Shown piece after piece: positions 1 to 9,241 of a stretch of DNA of 64,000 nt. The translations under genes and the position numbers were made by a program. Under the pieces are notes generated by a model. That model was given only the letters and a program-made list of their open reading frames with translations. It had not been told where the DNA came from and made no database searches. Origin of the DNA: Flavobacteriales bacterium. Lineage in GTDB: Bacteria; Bacteroidota; Bacteroidia; Palsa-965. The DNA is taken from the NCBI GenBank assembly GCA_040377305.1, contig JBEIPA010000006.1:4177-68176 (forward strand). The letters are read 5' to 3'. Every line of letters starts with the position of its first letter. The stretch's first letter is position 1.

Positions 1-589
1 CATTTCCTCCGCTTGTTGAGCAATTAAAATTTCCAATTCCGTTAATGCCACCGGTCACTTGATCTCCACCGCCACCACCTGTTCCACCTGTTCCGCAACC
101 AGGACCATCTCCACCAAGCAGACCATTTGTGCCGCCACCATTACCGCCAAATCCACCACCACTCGATCCGCAAGAACCTTGAGGTGCACCGGTTCCGCCA
201 CCGCCACCACCTGCAACAATTACTCGCGCTGCTATAGTGTTGCTGTTGTGACGAACGTCTGATGCACCACCTCCGTTACCGGAAAGAGTCGGACCTCCGC
301 CGCCAGGCATTCCACCACCGTTGTATCCGTTTTGTCCACCGACAAAAACGAAAAGTGTATCGCCAGGATTTACGGCAAGATCACCTTGTGCGCTTCCGCC
401 AAGACCTGCATTTGCTCCCGGAGCACCAGCAACACCCTGTGCGCCCGATGCGTTAAGTGTTACACTGAACACACAGGAAGGCACAACAAAATATTGTTGC
501 GTACCGGTGAAGGTGTAGGTCATTGTTGTTTGTGCGCCCGCAAAAGTTCCGGCAAAGACACACGCAGCAATTACAAGTAATTTTTTCAT
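1..589 (-). CDS. secreted glycine-rich repeat protein, N-terminal part (gene runs off window start)
   Basis: Reverse-strand ATG at 589-587, 3 nt after the stop of the upstream adhesin gene. It encodes MKKLLVIAACVFAGTFAGAQ (signal peptide), then TMTYTFTGTQQYFVVP...LNASGAQG, then long G-G-x-G rich tracts in frame to position 1. It is absent from the ORF track because it is open-ended. Confidence 0.55.
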   Translation of the reverse strand, partial: MKKLLVIAACVFAGTFAGAQTTMTYTFTGTQQYFVVPSCVFSVTLNASGAQGVAGAPGANAGLGGSAQGDLAVNPGDTLFVFVGGQNGYNGGGMPGGGGPTLSGNGGGASDVRHNSNTIAARVIVAGGGGGGTGAPQGSCGSSGGGFGGNGGGTNGLLGGDGPGCGTGGTGGGGGDQVTGGINGIGNFNCSTSGGN

Positions 590-594
590 AGGAA

Positions 595-3069
595 TTATTT
601 AGTAATGATGATTTCACGATTTGAAACGGATCCATCGGCAATAACACGCATGATGTAATTTCCGGCTGCAACATGTGCAACATCAACCGCAATTACATTT
701 CCTGCTTGTGTACCATTCAATGCAGAGCTATAAACAACTCGTCCCTGAAGGTCTGTGATTTCAATGAGCAGCTTTTCTGCTGAATTGCTCAGCGCGACGT
801 TGAACATTCCGTTGTTCGGGTTTGGATAAACTGAATAACCAAATGTTTCGTTCTCGGAAATTCCTACACAGGCATTCACATTCACAGTGAGAACAAATTG
901 TCCGCTGCAACCATTAGTGTCTGTGTGACTGAACGTCAGAATTTGTGGACCTGTTCCAACAGATGGATCGAATGAATTTCCTGTAACACCAGGGCCAGTC
1001 CATAATCCCGGAGCAGGAGAACCAGTAAGCGTTACGTTCGCGTCATCTAAACAAGGAGTCATTGAAGTTGCCATTCCTGTTACAACAGGATTTGGATTCA
1101 ACGTTACGTTTACCGTGTCATTTCCTACGCACCCGAACTGGTCGGTAACCGCTACTGAATAAACACCTGAAGTATTCACTGCTAACTGTGACTGTGTGCT
1201 GTTATCGCTCCACAAATAGGTAGCGCCAACAACTGTTGCGTCGAGAACAAGACTGCTTCCACATGCAACAGTGTCACTTAAAACAACCATTGGTGGAGCG
1301 TGTACGATCACAAAAATATTATTTGAACTATCGTCCATGCACACTCCGCTCGAAGCAATTGCAATGAACTGATAAGTGCCTGTGTCTGCTAATGAAGGCG
1401 CACCCAAATCAAATGGATTTCCGCTTCCGATCATTTGCCACGCCGTATCAGATGGAGCTAAGATCCACCAATCAATGTTACCGATGTCGCCAACAGAAAT
1501 CAGACTGGTAGAATCTCCCGGACAAATATCAATACCACCTGAGTTGGAAATAATTCCACCATTCGGTGGAACATCTACCGTGATTGCAGCTGTATCTGAA
1601 GCCGTGCAACCGTTTGCGTCAGTCACAACAACAGAATAAATTCCTGTCGCAGTTACACCCAGTGTGTTCTGCGTACTATTATCGTTCCAGAGATAAGTAG
1701 CCCCTGCGGTTTGTGCACTCAATACAATTCCACCACACACTGTTGTATCAGGTCCGATATTTACTGCTGGCGGAACATTCATGATCACTGTAGTTGTGGA
1801 AGAACTTGTACAACCATTCGCATCGGTTACAAGCAACGTGTATGTTGTTGTTCCTGCAGGAATATCAGTTACCGTGCTGCCCGACATACTTCCCGGCATC
1901 CAGTCGTAGGTGTAATTCATTGTGCCACCCATTGCCGTTCCGATAAGCGTTGCTGTACCGTTCGGACAAACGTCTCCGCTATTCGTTGCGCCCGCCACCA
2001 ATAAGGTTGGTTCAGTAATTGTTACTGTTTGCTGATTCGTACATCCGTTCGCATCTGTAATTGTACACGTATATGCACCGGCAGCAAGATTAGATTCAGT
2101 TGCAGCTGTTCCTCCGGTTGACCACAGGTAAGTGTACCCGGGAGTTCCGCCCGAAGGCATGACCATTGCATCTCCGTTAGTTCCGCCATTGCACAAAAGA
2201 TTGGTCTGCATGGTGCTTGCTGTAATGGCTGTAGGCTCCGTAATTGTTGCGAACGTTGTGTCCATACATCCCAATGCATCTGTTACAACTACAGAATATG
2301 ATCCTGCAGGAACACCCGTGATATCTTCTGTTGTTGCGCCATTACTCCACGCGAACGTGTAAGGTGAAGTTCCACTTGCTACGGTTTGATTGATTGAACC
2401 ATCATTCCCGCCATTACAAAGAGGAGCAGTGAAACTTGCCGTTGAAATCGGCGGAGCATTTCCAATGCGGATTTCATCCCACACGCCTACACCTGAAGTA
2501 AAATTGTAAAGGTGCACGCGGCTTACGTCGTTCTGAGTAGCACTGCGGAAAGGAAAGCTGGTGTACATCAGAACATTGTTAATGTAAATATCAAACGTGT
2601 GGTTTGTCCAGTTTATGTTTCGCAGTTCTACATTGTACCAGGTGTTCAGAGTCGCTGCATAATCAAACGTTGAAGAAGACACAAAACGAATCACTCCCGC
2701 AGCCTGATAATAGCAGAATACGATGCAATTGGTAGCAGAAACAGAAGCATTTCCGGCAACTACATAATTGTGCGAAGAGCCGGTTGTTTGCGGACACATC
2801 CACCAGCTTATGGTATTCGGAGTTGCTGGAGTGAAACTCGTAGACAATCCGGTAATGTGTGTAGAAACACCACCGGTACCTTCAATGCGGTATGTTCCTA
2901 CCGCAGGATTGGTTGTAGTAACAGCTGCGGATGTCAGTCCGGCACCGATACTCCAGGTTGGTGTGTAACTGCCGGATTCAAATCCATCGTAGAATGCACC
3001 GGCACACTGCGCATTCAGATTCATCGAACAAGCCACAGCAAACGCGGCTACGAGTAGAGATTTTTTCAT
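595..3069 (-). CDS. T9SS-secreted adhesin with SprB-type repeats and type-A C-terminal sorting domain
   Basis: ATG at 3069 gives MKKSLLVAAFAVACSMNLNAQ signal. The N-terminal ~220 aa domain carries FYDGFESGSYTPTWSIG. Repeated ~80 aa modules with CNGG..G and TDANGC motifs follow (SprB repeat). The C-terminus VYPNPNNGMFNVAL...ITDLQGRVV is typical of a Por secretion tail. Confidence 0.8.
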   Translation of the reverse strand: MKKSLLVAAFAVACSMNLNAQCAGAFYDGFESGSYTPTWSIGAGLTSAAVTTTNPAVGTYRIEGTGGVSTHITGLSTSFTPATPNTISWWMCPQTTGSSHNYVVAGNASVSATNCIVFCYYQAAGVIRFVSSSTFDYAATLNTWYNVELRNINWTNHTFDIYINNVLMYTSFPFRSATQNDVSRVHLYNFTSGVGVWDEIRIGNAPPISTASFTAPLCNGGNDGSINQTVASGTSPYTFAWSNGATTEDITGVPAGSYSVVVTDALGCMDTTFATITEPTAITASTMQTNLLCNGGTNGDAMVMPSGGTPGYTYLWSTGGTAATESNLAAGAYTCTITDANGCTNQQTVTITEPTLLVAGATNSGDVCPNGTATLIGTAMGGTMNYTYDWMPGSMSGSTVTDIPAGTTTYTLLVTDANGCTSSSTTTVIMNVPPAVNIGPDTTVCGGIVLSAQTAGATYLWNDNSTQNTLGVTATGIYSVVVTDANGCTASDTAAITVDVPPNGGIISNSGGIDICPGDSTSLISVGDIGNIDWWILAPSDTAWQMIGSGNPFDLGAPSLADTGTYQFIAIASSGVCMDDSSNNIFVIVHAPPMVVLSDTVACGSSLVLDATVVGATYLWSDNSTQSQLAVNTSGVYSVAVTDQFGCVGNDTVNVTLNPNPVVTGMATSMTPCLDDANVTLTGSPAPGLWTGPGVTGNSFDPSVGTGPQILTFSHTDTNGCSGQFVLTVNVNACVGISENETFGYSVYPNPNNGMFNVALSNSAEKLLIEITDLQGRVVYSSALNGTQAGNVIAVDVAHVAAGNYIMRVIADGSVSNREIIITK

Positions 3070-3100
3070 GTGTTCGTTCTTTCTTAACGGTTTGTTTATT

Positions 3101-5107
3101 CTAATGCTGCAATGCAATACGGTGAACTACGACACCACTTGTTGTTACAACACGTAACAGATATATTCCATTTGCTTCTGCAGACAAATCAATTTGTTTG
3201 CGGCTGCCTTCGTTGACTACCGGCTCTCTGGAAGTAAATACAATCCGGCCCTGAGCATCGGTAATTTCGATCACAGCATCCTTCGCTGTATTCGCGAAAG
3301 TGATTTCAAACAAGCCATTCGTTGGATTTGGGAAAACTGCTGTGCCTGCATCTGCGATTTCATTTGTGGTAAGACAAAGATCTACGTTAATCGTAACCGT
3401 ATCAATTCCGGAACAACCGAGTGAATCGGTGTACGTGTAAATCAGGTTGTGCATTCCTGCGCCTGCTGTATCCGGTTCGAATGTGCTTCCGAATACTCCG
3501 GCTCCGGTCCACGTTCCTCCGGCAGGAGATTCAAAGAGTTGCACTGTAGGTTCGCCGGTACACACAAAATTCATTGCGGCGCTTCCTACGACAACCGGAT
3601 TTGCATTGATCGTAACATTCACCGTGTCCATTCCTACGCAACCGTTCGCATCAGTCACAATAACGTAGTATGGACCGCTCAAGGTCACACTGATCATTTG
3701 CGTTGTAGAACCGTCATTCCATAAAAAAGTGTTTCCTGCATTCTGCGCATCGAGCATTGCACTTGCACATGATGAGAAATCGCTACCAAGTGTTACGACT
3801 GGAAGCGTATTCACTGTTACCGTTGTTGTTGAAGTGCTCGTGCAACCATTTGCATCGGTTACCAGTAAAGTATATGTGGTTGTCGTAGCCGGAACATCAC
3901 TCGTAGCACTACCCGACATATTCCCTGGCATCCAATTGTACGTGTAATTCATGGTGCCACCCATCGCAGTTCCTACAAGCATTGCAGTGTCGCCCGCACA
4001 AACGTTTCCGTTGTTCGCAGCAGCAGTCACCAATAATGTTGGTTCAGTAATAGTTACAGTTTGCTGATTCGTACATCCGTTTGCATCTGTAATTGTACAC
4101 GTGTAAGTGCCGGCAACAAGATTAGATTCAGTTGCAGCTGTTCCGCCGGAAGACCACAGGTAAGTATATCCGGGAGTTCCGCCGGAAGGCATCACCATTG
4201 CATCGCCGTTATTTCCGCCGTTACACAAAATATTTGTCTGCATGGTGCTTGCGGTAATGCCTGTGGGCTCCGTAACAACAACAGTTGTTGCATTCGTACA
4301 TCCATTCGCATCTGTCACCGTACACGTGTAAGTTCCCGCGGAAAGGCCCGATTCAACTGCATTAGTTCCTCCAGATGGAGCCCAGCTATATGTGTAAGGT
4401 GCAGTTCCAGTCGTAACTGTAACCGTCGCCGAGCCGTTAGAACTGCCGAAACACGAAGCACTTGCAGAAGTTGAGGTGGTAAGAAGAGGAACATTGCCGA
4501 TGGTGAAATCATCATACTCTGCAGTGGCAGCCACAAGACTGTTCAGGTAGATGCGGTCAACGGTGGTAGCTGTTGGAGAACGGAACGCCCAGCCCGACAA
4601 TATCAAGACATTGTTCAGATAAATGTCCATCGTACGTGAAGTCCAGTTCATATTTCTGCATTCAACATGATACCACGTATTTGCCGAGATCGGGTGATTG
4701 TATCCTGTGCTGTTATAGAAACGCAGCACGGATCCGCTATTGAAATAGCAAAACAGAATTCCATTGTCAGTAGGCGTGTTTGCATCACCGATGATTACAT
4801 AACCATTTGCACCGGTAGTTGTATTCGAACGCATCCACCACGACATGTATGCAGGCTGAGCTGGCGTGAACGTGGTATAAAGTCCCTGATAAAAACCGTT
4901 CGAGCCGGGACTTTCCATAGAAAGGTGGTAGTTACCAACCGGTGCGCTACCGGAAGGAACGCTGTTATTGTATATCCCGCTACCTATTGACCAGGTTGGC
5001 GTAAAACTGCCCGATTCAAATCCGTCGTAAAACTGGGTTGCGCACTGAGCTGAGCTAGCCGTAAAGAATCCAAATACAAATGCTACGCTAAGTAGAAGTT
5101 GCTTCAT
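3101..5107 (-). CDS. T9SS-secreted SprB-repeat adhesin, tandem paralog of the previous gene
   Basis: ATG at 5107 gives MKQLLLSVAFVFGFFTASSAQ signal. It has the same N-terminal FYDGFESGSFTPTWSIG domain, SprB repeats and a C-terminal VFPNPTNGLFEITF...ITDAQGRIV sorting domain. An internal ~150 aa segment is near-identical to the neighbouring gene. Confidence 0.8.
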   Translation of the reverse strand: MKQLLLSVAFVFGFFTASSAQCATQFYDGFESGSFTPTWSIGSGIYNNSVPSGSAPVGNYHLSMESPGSNGFYQGLYTTFTPAQPAYMSWWMRSNTTTGANGYVIIGDANTPTDNGILFCYFNSGSVLRFYNSTGYNHPISANTWYHVECRNMNWTSRTMDIYLNNVLILSGWAFRSPTATTVDRIYLNSLVAATAEYDDFTIGNVPLLTTSTSASASCFGSSNGSATVTVTTGTAPYTYSWAPSGGTNAVESGLSAGTYTCTVTDANGCTNATTVVVTEPTGITASTMQTNILCNGGNNGDAMVMPSGGTPGYTYLWSSGGTAATESNLVAGTYTCTITDANGCTNQQTVTITEPTLLVTAAANNGNVCAGDTAMLVGTAMGGTMNYTYNWMPGNMSGSATSDVPATTTTYTLLVTDANGCTSTSTTTVTVNTLPVVTLGSDFSSCASAMLDAQNAGNTFLWNDGSTTQMISVTLSGPYYVIVTDANGCVGMDTVNVTINANPVVVGSAAMNFVCTGEPTVQLFESPAGGTWTGAGVFGSTFEPDTAGAGMHNLIYTYTDSLGCSGIDTVTINVDLCLTTNEIADAGTAVFPNPTNGLFEITFANTAKDAVIEITDAQGRIVFTSREPVVNEGSRKQIDLSAEANGIYLLRVVTTSGVVVHRIALQH

Positions 5108-5226
5108 ATGATTGTAGTTATGAAAGTGAAAATGCCGATCAAATATAGTAAATTTAGGATGGCACTTCACCAATGAAATAGACTTCAACACAGCGACCGC
5201 CATTTCAATATTAAAAATACAAATGC

Positions 5227-5919
5227 ATGAGTAAAACAGTCCTCATTACGGGCTCAAACAAGGGAATTGGCTTTGAAATCGCACGTCAATGTGCGGTTCA
5301 GGGACATCGTGTGGTTTTGTCGGGAAGAAACGAAAACCGTTTGGCTGCAGCACAGAAAAAACTATTCGATGCAGGTTTGAAATGTGCAACGCTGCAAATG
5401 GATGTGAGCGATTTCGCCAGCATAGAAACTGCTGCACGCACTTTCGGAAAAATGTTCCCCGTGCTGGATGTTCTTGTAAACAACGCCGGGATTATTGTAC
5501 CCGATGACGATGGGCTCGTTTCCGATGCCGATGATGTGCTCACGAAAACGATTACAACAAACTGTTACGGTCCGTTGCGCGTTACCAAATCATTTCTTCG
5601 TTATCTGAAAGACCGATCTCAGGTAATTAATATTTCCAGCGGCGGTGGATCGATGACAGATCCTATTGGTGGATGGTCGCCTGCATATTGTCTTTCGAAG
5701 ACCATGCTGAACGGAATTACACGACAACTTGCCTATGAGCTTGCGAAAAATTCCATAAACGTAAACGCGGTTTGTCCGGGCTGGGTAAAAACAGATATGG
5801 GCGGACAAGGTGCACCGCGTACCGTTGAGAAAGGCGCAGAAACTCCGGTGTGGCTGATCAACGATGGCACGAGTAGCAATGGTCGGTTCTTTCGAGACAA
5901 AAAAGAAATTCCATGGTAA
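5227..5919 (+). CDS. short-chain dehydrogenase/reductase (SDR)
   Basis: TGSNKGIGFEIA Rossmann motif, NNAG, and catalytic S..YxxxK (SGGGS...YCLSK). The length fits an SDR. Confidence 0.85.
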   Translation: MSKTVLITGSNKGIGFEIARQCAVQGHRVVLSGRNENRLAAAQKKLFDAGLKCATLQMDVSDFASIETAARTFGKMFPVLDVLVNNAGIIVPDDDGLVSDADDVLTKTITTNCYGPLRVTKSFLRYLKDRSQVINISSGGGSMTDPIGGWSPAYCLSKTMLNGITRQLAYELAKNSINVNAVCPGWVKTDMGGQGAPRTVEKGAETPVWLINDGTSSNGRFFRDKKEIPW

Positions 5920-6047
5920 ACAACTTACACAAATTGAAGATCCGAAAATTTGAAGATTCGACGATGGTCGCTACGTTGAATCATCGGCTTGGTGTTTATT
6001 CAAACTTTCGAATCTTCCGATCTTCAAATGTATTCCTGCGAGCAACG

Positions 6048-7157
6048 ATGTTATTGCTTGTCGTTTTCTTTGGATGTCGGTTGCAGGCTCAGAGCTATCC
6101 CGTTTACGGACCTGAAGTGAAAGTGTACATCTCCGGATACATGGGTGATGCGATGGAACCGTTTATTTCGAAAGACGGAACGACACTTTTCTTCAATTCG
6201 CTCAACGATGGAATTCAAACACGCTTGTATTACGCAACGCGTGTTGATGATTCTACGTTTACATACATCGGAGAAGTGAATGGAGCGAATGAGCCCATGA
6301 ATCCACAGCTAAATGGTGTTGCATCGCTCGACACTACAGGCAACTTCGTTTGGGTTTCTTTGCGCGGATGGCCGGGTAATATGGACAATCTGCATCGCGG
6401 CGATTATTCGAACGGAACGGTTACGAATGTAAATCGGATGCATGGAACGTTTTATGTTTATCAGCCGGGTTACATTATTATGGACGCAGCACTTACGCAC
6501 GATGGAAATGAATTGTATTACTGCAATGCGTTTTTCGACACGTGTACCGTTCCTTGTACGGCTTCTCTGGGATTTGCGAAAAAAGTCAACGACTCTACTT
6601 TCAACACGATTAGTTCTTCCCAAAACATTCTTCAGCATGTGAACGATACAGACTATTGTGTTTATGCACCCGAGCTCAGTACCAATGGACTCGAATTGTA
6701 TTTTACACGTTTTCCTATTGGAGGATTCAATACAGAAATCTGCGTTTCGGTGCGACCGACTACTGCAGATACTTTCAGCACGCCACTGGTTCTCATCAAT
6801 GAATTTCCGAATTTTCCGGAAGGAGCAACGGTGAACACTGCAGGAACACTGATGTACTATCACAAGAAAACAAACGGAACGTACACGATTTATTTGCGCT
6901 ATCGCGATCTCACGGGGATTGAAGAAAACGAAAAGCATTCTCTTCGCGTGTTTCCGAATCCGGCGAATGATGTGTTGTACATAGAAGGTGCATCATCGCA
7001 AGACAACTTGACCATTCTGAATTCCACTGGACAAATTGTTTTGCAGCAAACGGGAAATTCTCCGGTGGAAACCAGCGTTCTTCCCGATGGGATTTATTTC
7101 GTGAATGTCATGCGTGATGAAATTCTATACACAACAACTTTTATAATCTGCAGATAA
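6048..7157 (+). CDS. T9SS type-A CTD protein with TolB/PD40-like beta-propeller repeats
   Basis: Internal ATG at 6048 gives MLLLVVFFGCRLQAQS signal. The upstream part of the ORF has no signal and overlaps the SDR stop. Repeated DG..L(Y/F)F motifs are present. The C-terminal VFPNPANDVLYIEG...GIYFVNV is a sorting domain. Confidence 0.6.
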   Translation: MLLLVVFFGCRLQAQSYPVYGPEVKVYISGYMGDAMEPFISKDGTTLFFNSLNDGIQTRLYYATRVDDSTFTYIGEVNGANEPMNPQLNGVASLDTTGNFVWVSLRGWPGNMDNLHRGDYSNGTVTNVNRMHGTFYVYQPGYIIMDAALTHDGNELYYCNAFFDTCTVPCTASLGFAKKVNDSTFNTISSSQNILQHVNDTDYCVYAPELSTNGLELYFTRFPIGGFNTEICVSVRPTTADTFSTPLVLINEFPNFPEGATVNTAGTLMYYHKKTNGTYTIYLRYRDLTGIEENEKHSLRVFPNPANDVLYIEGASSQDNLTILNSTGQIVLQQTGNSPVETSVLPDGIYFVNVMRDEILYTTTFIICR

Positions 7158-7669
7158 TGTTCGATCCAAAAGCAATCATTCATCAACTCGACCGGAACGC
7201 TCCTGTGTTTTTCGGAATGTTTCATTCTATTCCTACAGACACGCGTAAATGGAAATCTGCTCCGGAGAAATGGTGTGCGTTAGAAATACTTTGTCACCTC
7301 TACGATGAAGAGCGGGAAGATTTTCGTGCGCGTACCAAACACGTATTGGAAACACCGAAAGATCCAATGCCCGGAATTGATCCGGTGAAACTGGTGACGG
7401 ACAGAGATTACATCGGACAGAATTACGACGAGATGCTCGCGGGATTTATTCAGGAACGCAAAGCTTCTGTTGCGTGGCTGAATTCATTGACGAATGCAAA
7501 TTGGGAACAAGCGTACGAGCATCCGAAAATGGGTCCGCTACCAGCGAAAATGTTTTTGACGAATTGGCTTGAGCACGATTACCTGCACATGCGTCAGTTG
7601 CTTACGTTGAAGCATAATTATCTCGCACAATCGACAGGGATTAGTTTGAAGTATGCGGGTGAATGGTAA
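7157..7669 (+). CDS. DinB/YfiT-like (DinB_2) metal-dependent hydrolase family protein
   Basis: The start overlaps the upstream stop (ATAATG). The conserved W.ALEILCHL..E and H..YLHMRQL histidine-containing helices are typical of the DinB_2 four-helix bundle. Confidence 0.5.
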   Translation: MFDPKAIIHQLDRNAPVFFGMFHSIPTDTRKWKSAPEKWCALEILCHLYDEEREDFRARTKHVLETPKDPMPGIDPVKLVTDRDYIGQNYDEMLAGFIQERKASVAWLNSLTNANWEQAYEHPKMGPLPAKMFLTNWLEHDYLHMRQLLTLKHNYLAQSTGISLKYAGEW

Positions 7670-7672
7670 AGA

Positions 7673-7797
7673 CAGTGCGCAGTTGGCAGTGCGCAGTAAG
7701 CAGTACACAGTACGCGGTAGAGCGGTAGAGCGGTCACAGTTAGCTTGATGCAGCGTTACTGCGCACTGCTTACTGTGTACTGTGTACTGCGTACTGC
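7673..7797. terminator. bidirectional hairpin region between convergent genes, built from CAGT(A/G)C hexamer repeats
   Basis: gcgcagtaagcagtacacagtacgc on the left is complementary to gtactgtgtactgc...ttactgcgcactg on the right. It lies between the stops at 7669 (+) and 7798 (-). Confidence 0.6.
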
Positions 7798-9141
7798 TTA
7801 CTTGTCCGTGGCTTCTACGCATCTCACAACTAAAGCAACATCTGCAGCAAGTGCGTAATTATACTGCGCGCTGTTCTGTCCGGAAACTTTATAGCAGATA
7901 GCGCCAATTTTATTTCCGTACGCGTTGAATCCTGAATCAGGAATGTGGCTGAGTTCATTGGTGTCTTTCGCAGTGAAGATCCAGACATTGTAATCCGTGC
8001 CGGTGTTCAATCCGGAAATTGTGATTTTGTGATTCAGGGTCTGTGCACATAAAGGTTGCGCACCATTTTTTGCCTGATGTGTAGTAATGCACGGCACCAC
8101 GTAATAACGATCCGTATCAATGCGCACTGCAACTCCCTGCGGAAGTGTATCGCTCAAGCCGGTGATTGCAAATGCTGCGTTGCCGTCTGAACCGCGTTTC
8201 GATGGCGATTGCGCAAGCTGATACGCGTTGCAGGTGTACTTGCCATCACTGTCGGGCACATCCTGTTCATTCAGATTACGGTACTTGCCAAGATCCATGA
8301 TAAAATTCCACGCGGGATTATCCGGATCAGGACAACCACCATCGGGCAGCCATCCTCCTGTTTTAGTAATGTCGTTCTCCGTTTCCATGATGTAACGGAA
8401 ATAATATGGAATCGATCCTCCATGTGGTTGCTGACCGCACACCATTAATCCGTGATCACTGAAAACAATTTCATCATCGGCAAAATATTTTGTGTCGGAG
8501 AAATCGTTGTTCGAGCCCCAGCCGATTACAATCACAATGTGGTCGAAGTCGGTGTCCTCTGAACCGGCAAGAAAATCCTGCACGCCGAGTACAACCGGAC
8601 GACCATTGACAACGTGTTTCTTCATCCACGGAATAAAATTCTTTACCGTGTCCTGATCCATTCCCTCGAAATGCTCATGCGCGAGATGCAGATGCTTCAA
8701 CACTTCATTGGTAGGAACGAAACATGAATTATCTGCGCCCTTGGTGTTGTTCCATATCTGCGGCAACAACTGACAATAATATTGTCCGTTCTTCTGAAAC
8801 CAATTCCGGAAACCATCTTTGTCGCCGGGAAAATCTCCGCCGGGAGAACCTTTCGCTTTCCATTCAACACCGAAATAATTGAGCCACATCTTCTCGAGTT
8901 CCGGTGAAGGAGTGGTTGCCTTGTCGCCCCACAGCTTATGAAAATAATCGGCCAGCACCTGCCGCACCATGTACATGGGAATGTACTGTCCGTACAGCAG
9001 TCCCGCCGACAAAACAGAAGTTTCTCCGCAATAACCCGAAGCAGAACTGCTCCAGTTGTTGTCGTCGATGTTCCACATCAGGCGCGGTGGAATGTCGTTA
9101 ATGCGGACGTTGGATTGTGTGAGGAAGAGGTAGGCGTTCAT
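7798..9141 (-). CDS. papain-fold cysteine peptidase-like protein (C39-like / phytochelatin-synthase-like) with C-terminal beta-rich domain, no signal peptide
   Basis: GYCGETSVLSAGLLYGQ resembles the C39/PCS nucleophile motif (x)CG.A.L....YG. A later DHIVIVIGWG resembles the His strand. About 170 aa of extra C-terminal sequence follows. The N-terminus has no hydrophobic leader. Confidence 0.4.
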   Translation of the reverse strand: MNAYLFLTQSNVRINDIPPRLMWNIDDNNWSSSASGYCGETSVLSAGLLYGQYIPMYMVRQVLADYFHKLWGDKATTPSPELEKMWLNYFGVEWKAKGSPGGDFPGDKDGFRNWFQKNGQYYCQLLPQIWNNTKGADNSCFVPTNEVLKHLHLAHEHFEGMDQDTVKNFIPWMKKHVVNGRPVVLGVQDFLAGSEDTDFDHIVIVIGWGSNNDFSDTKYFADDEIVFSDHGLMVCGQQPHGGSIPYYFRYIMETENDITKTGGWLPDGGCPDPDNPAWNFIMDLGKYRNLNEQDVPDSDGKYTCNAYQLAQSPSKRGSDGNAAFAITGLSDTLPQGVAVRIDTDRYYVVPCITTHQAKNGAQPLCAQTLNHKITISGLNTGTDYNVWIFTAKDTNELSHIPDSGFNAYGNKIGAICYKVSGQNSAQYNYALAADVALVVRCVEATDK

Positions 9142-9241
9142 GGTGTGTTGTTGTTATTGAAAGGTTGATACTTCATGCAAACACAGCGCTCCGTGTTGCA
9201 TGAAATGTGCTATTTCTCGACTGCGCTCGAACTGACACATT

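Noticed and set aside
59-580. Plus-strand ORFs of 64-82 aa at the window start
   Set aside because: They are the reverse-complement reading of the glycine-rich secreted-protein gene that starts at 589 on the minus strand.
6309-6938. 209-aa minus-strand ORF
   Set aside because: Lies entirely within the plus-strand T9SS/TolB-like gene. No signal or domain support, so it is an antisense shadow ORF.
7673-7797. Possible CRISPR-like array (repetitive CAGTAC units)
   Set aside because: Units are 6-nt degenerate repeats arranged as inverted arms, with no regular repeat-spacer periodicity and no cas genes. Interpreted as a hairpin terminator of a dispersed repeat family.
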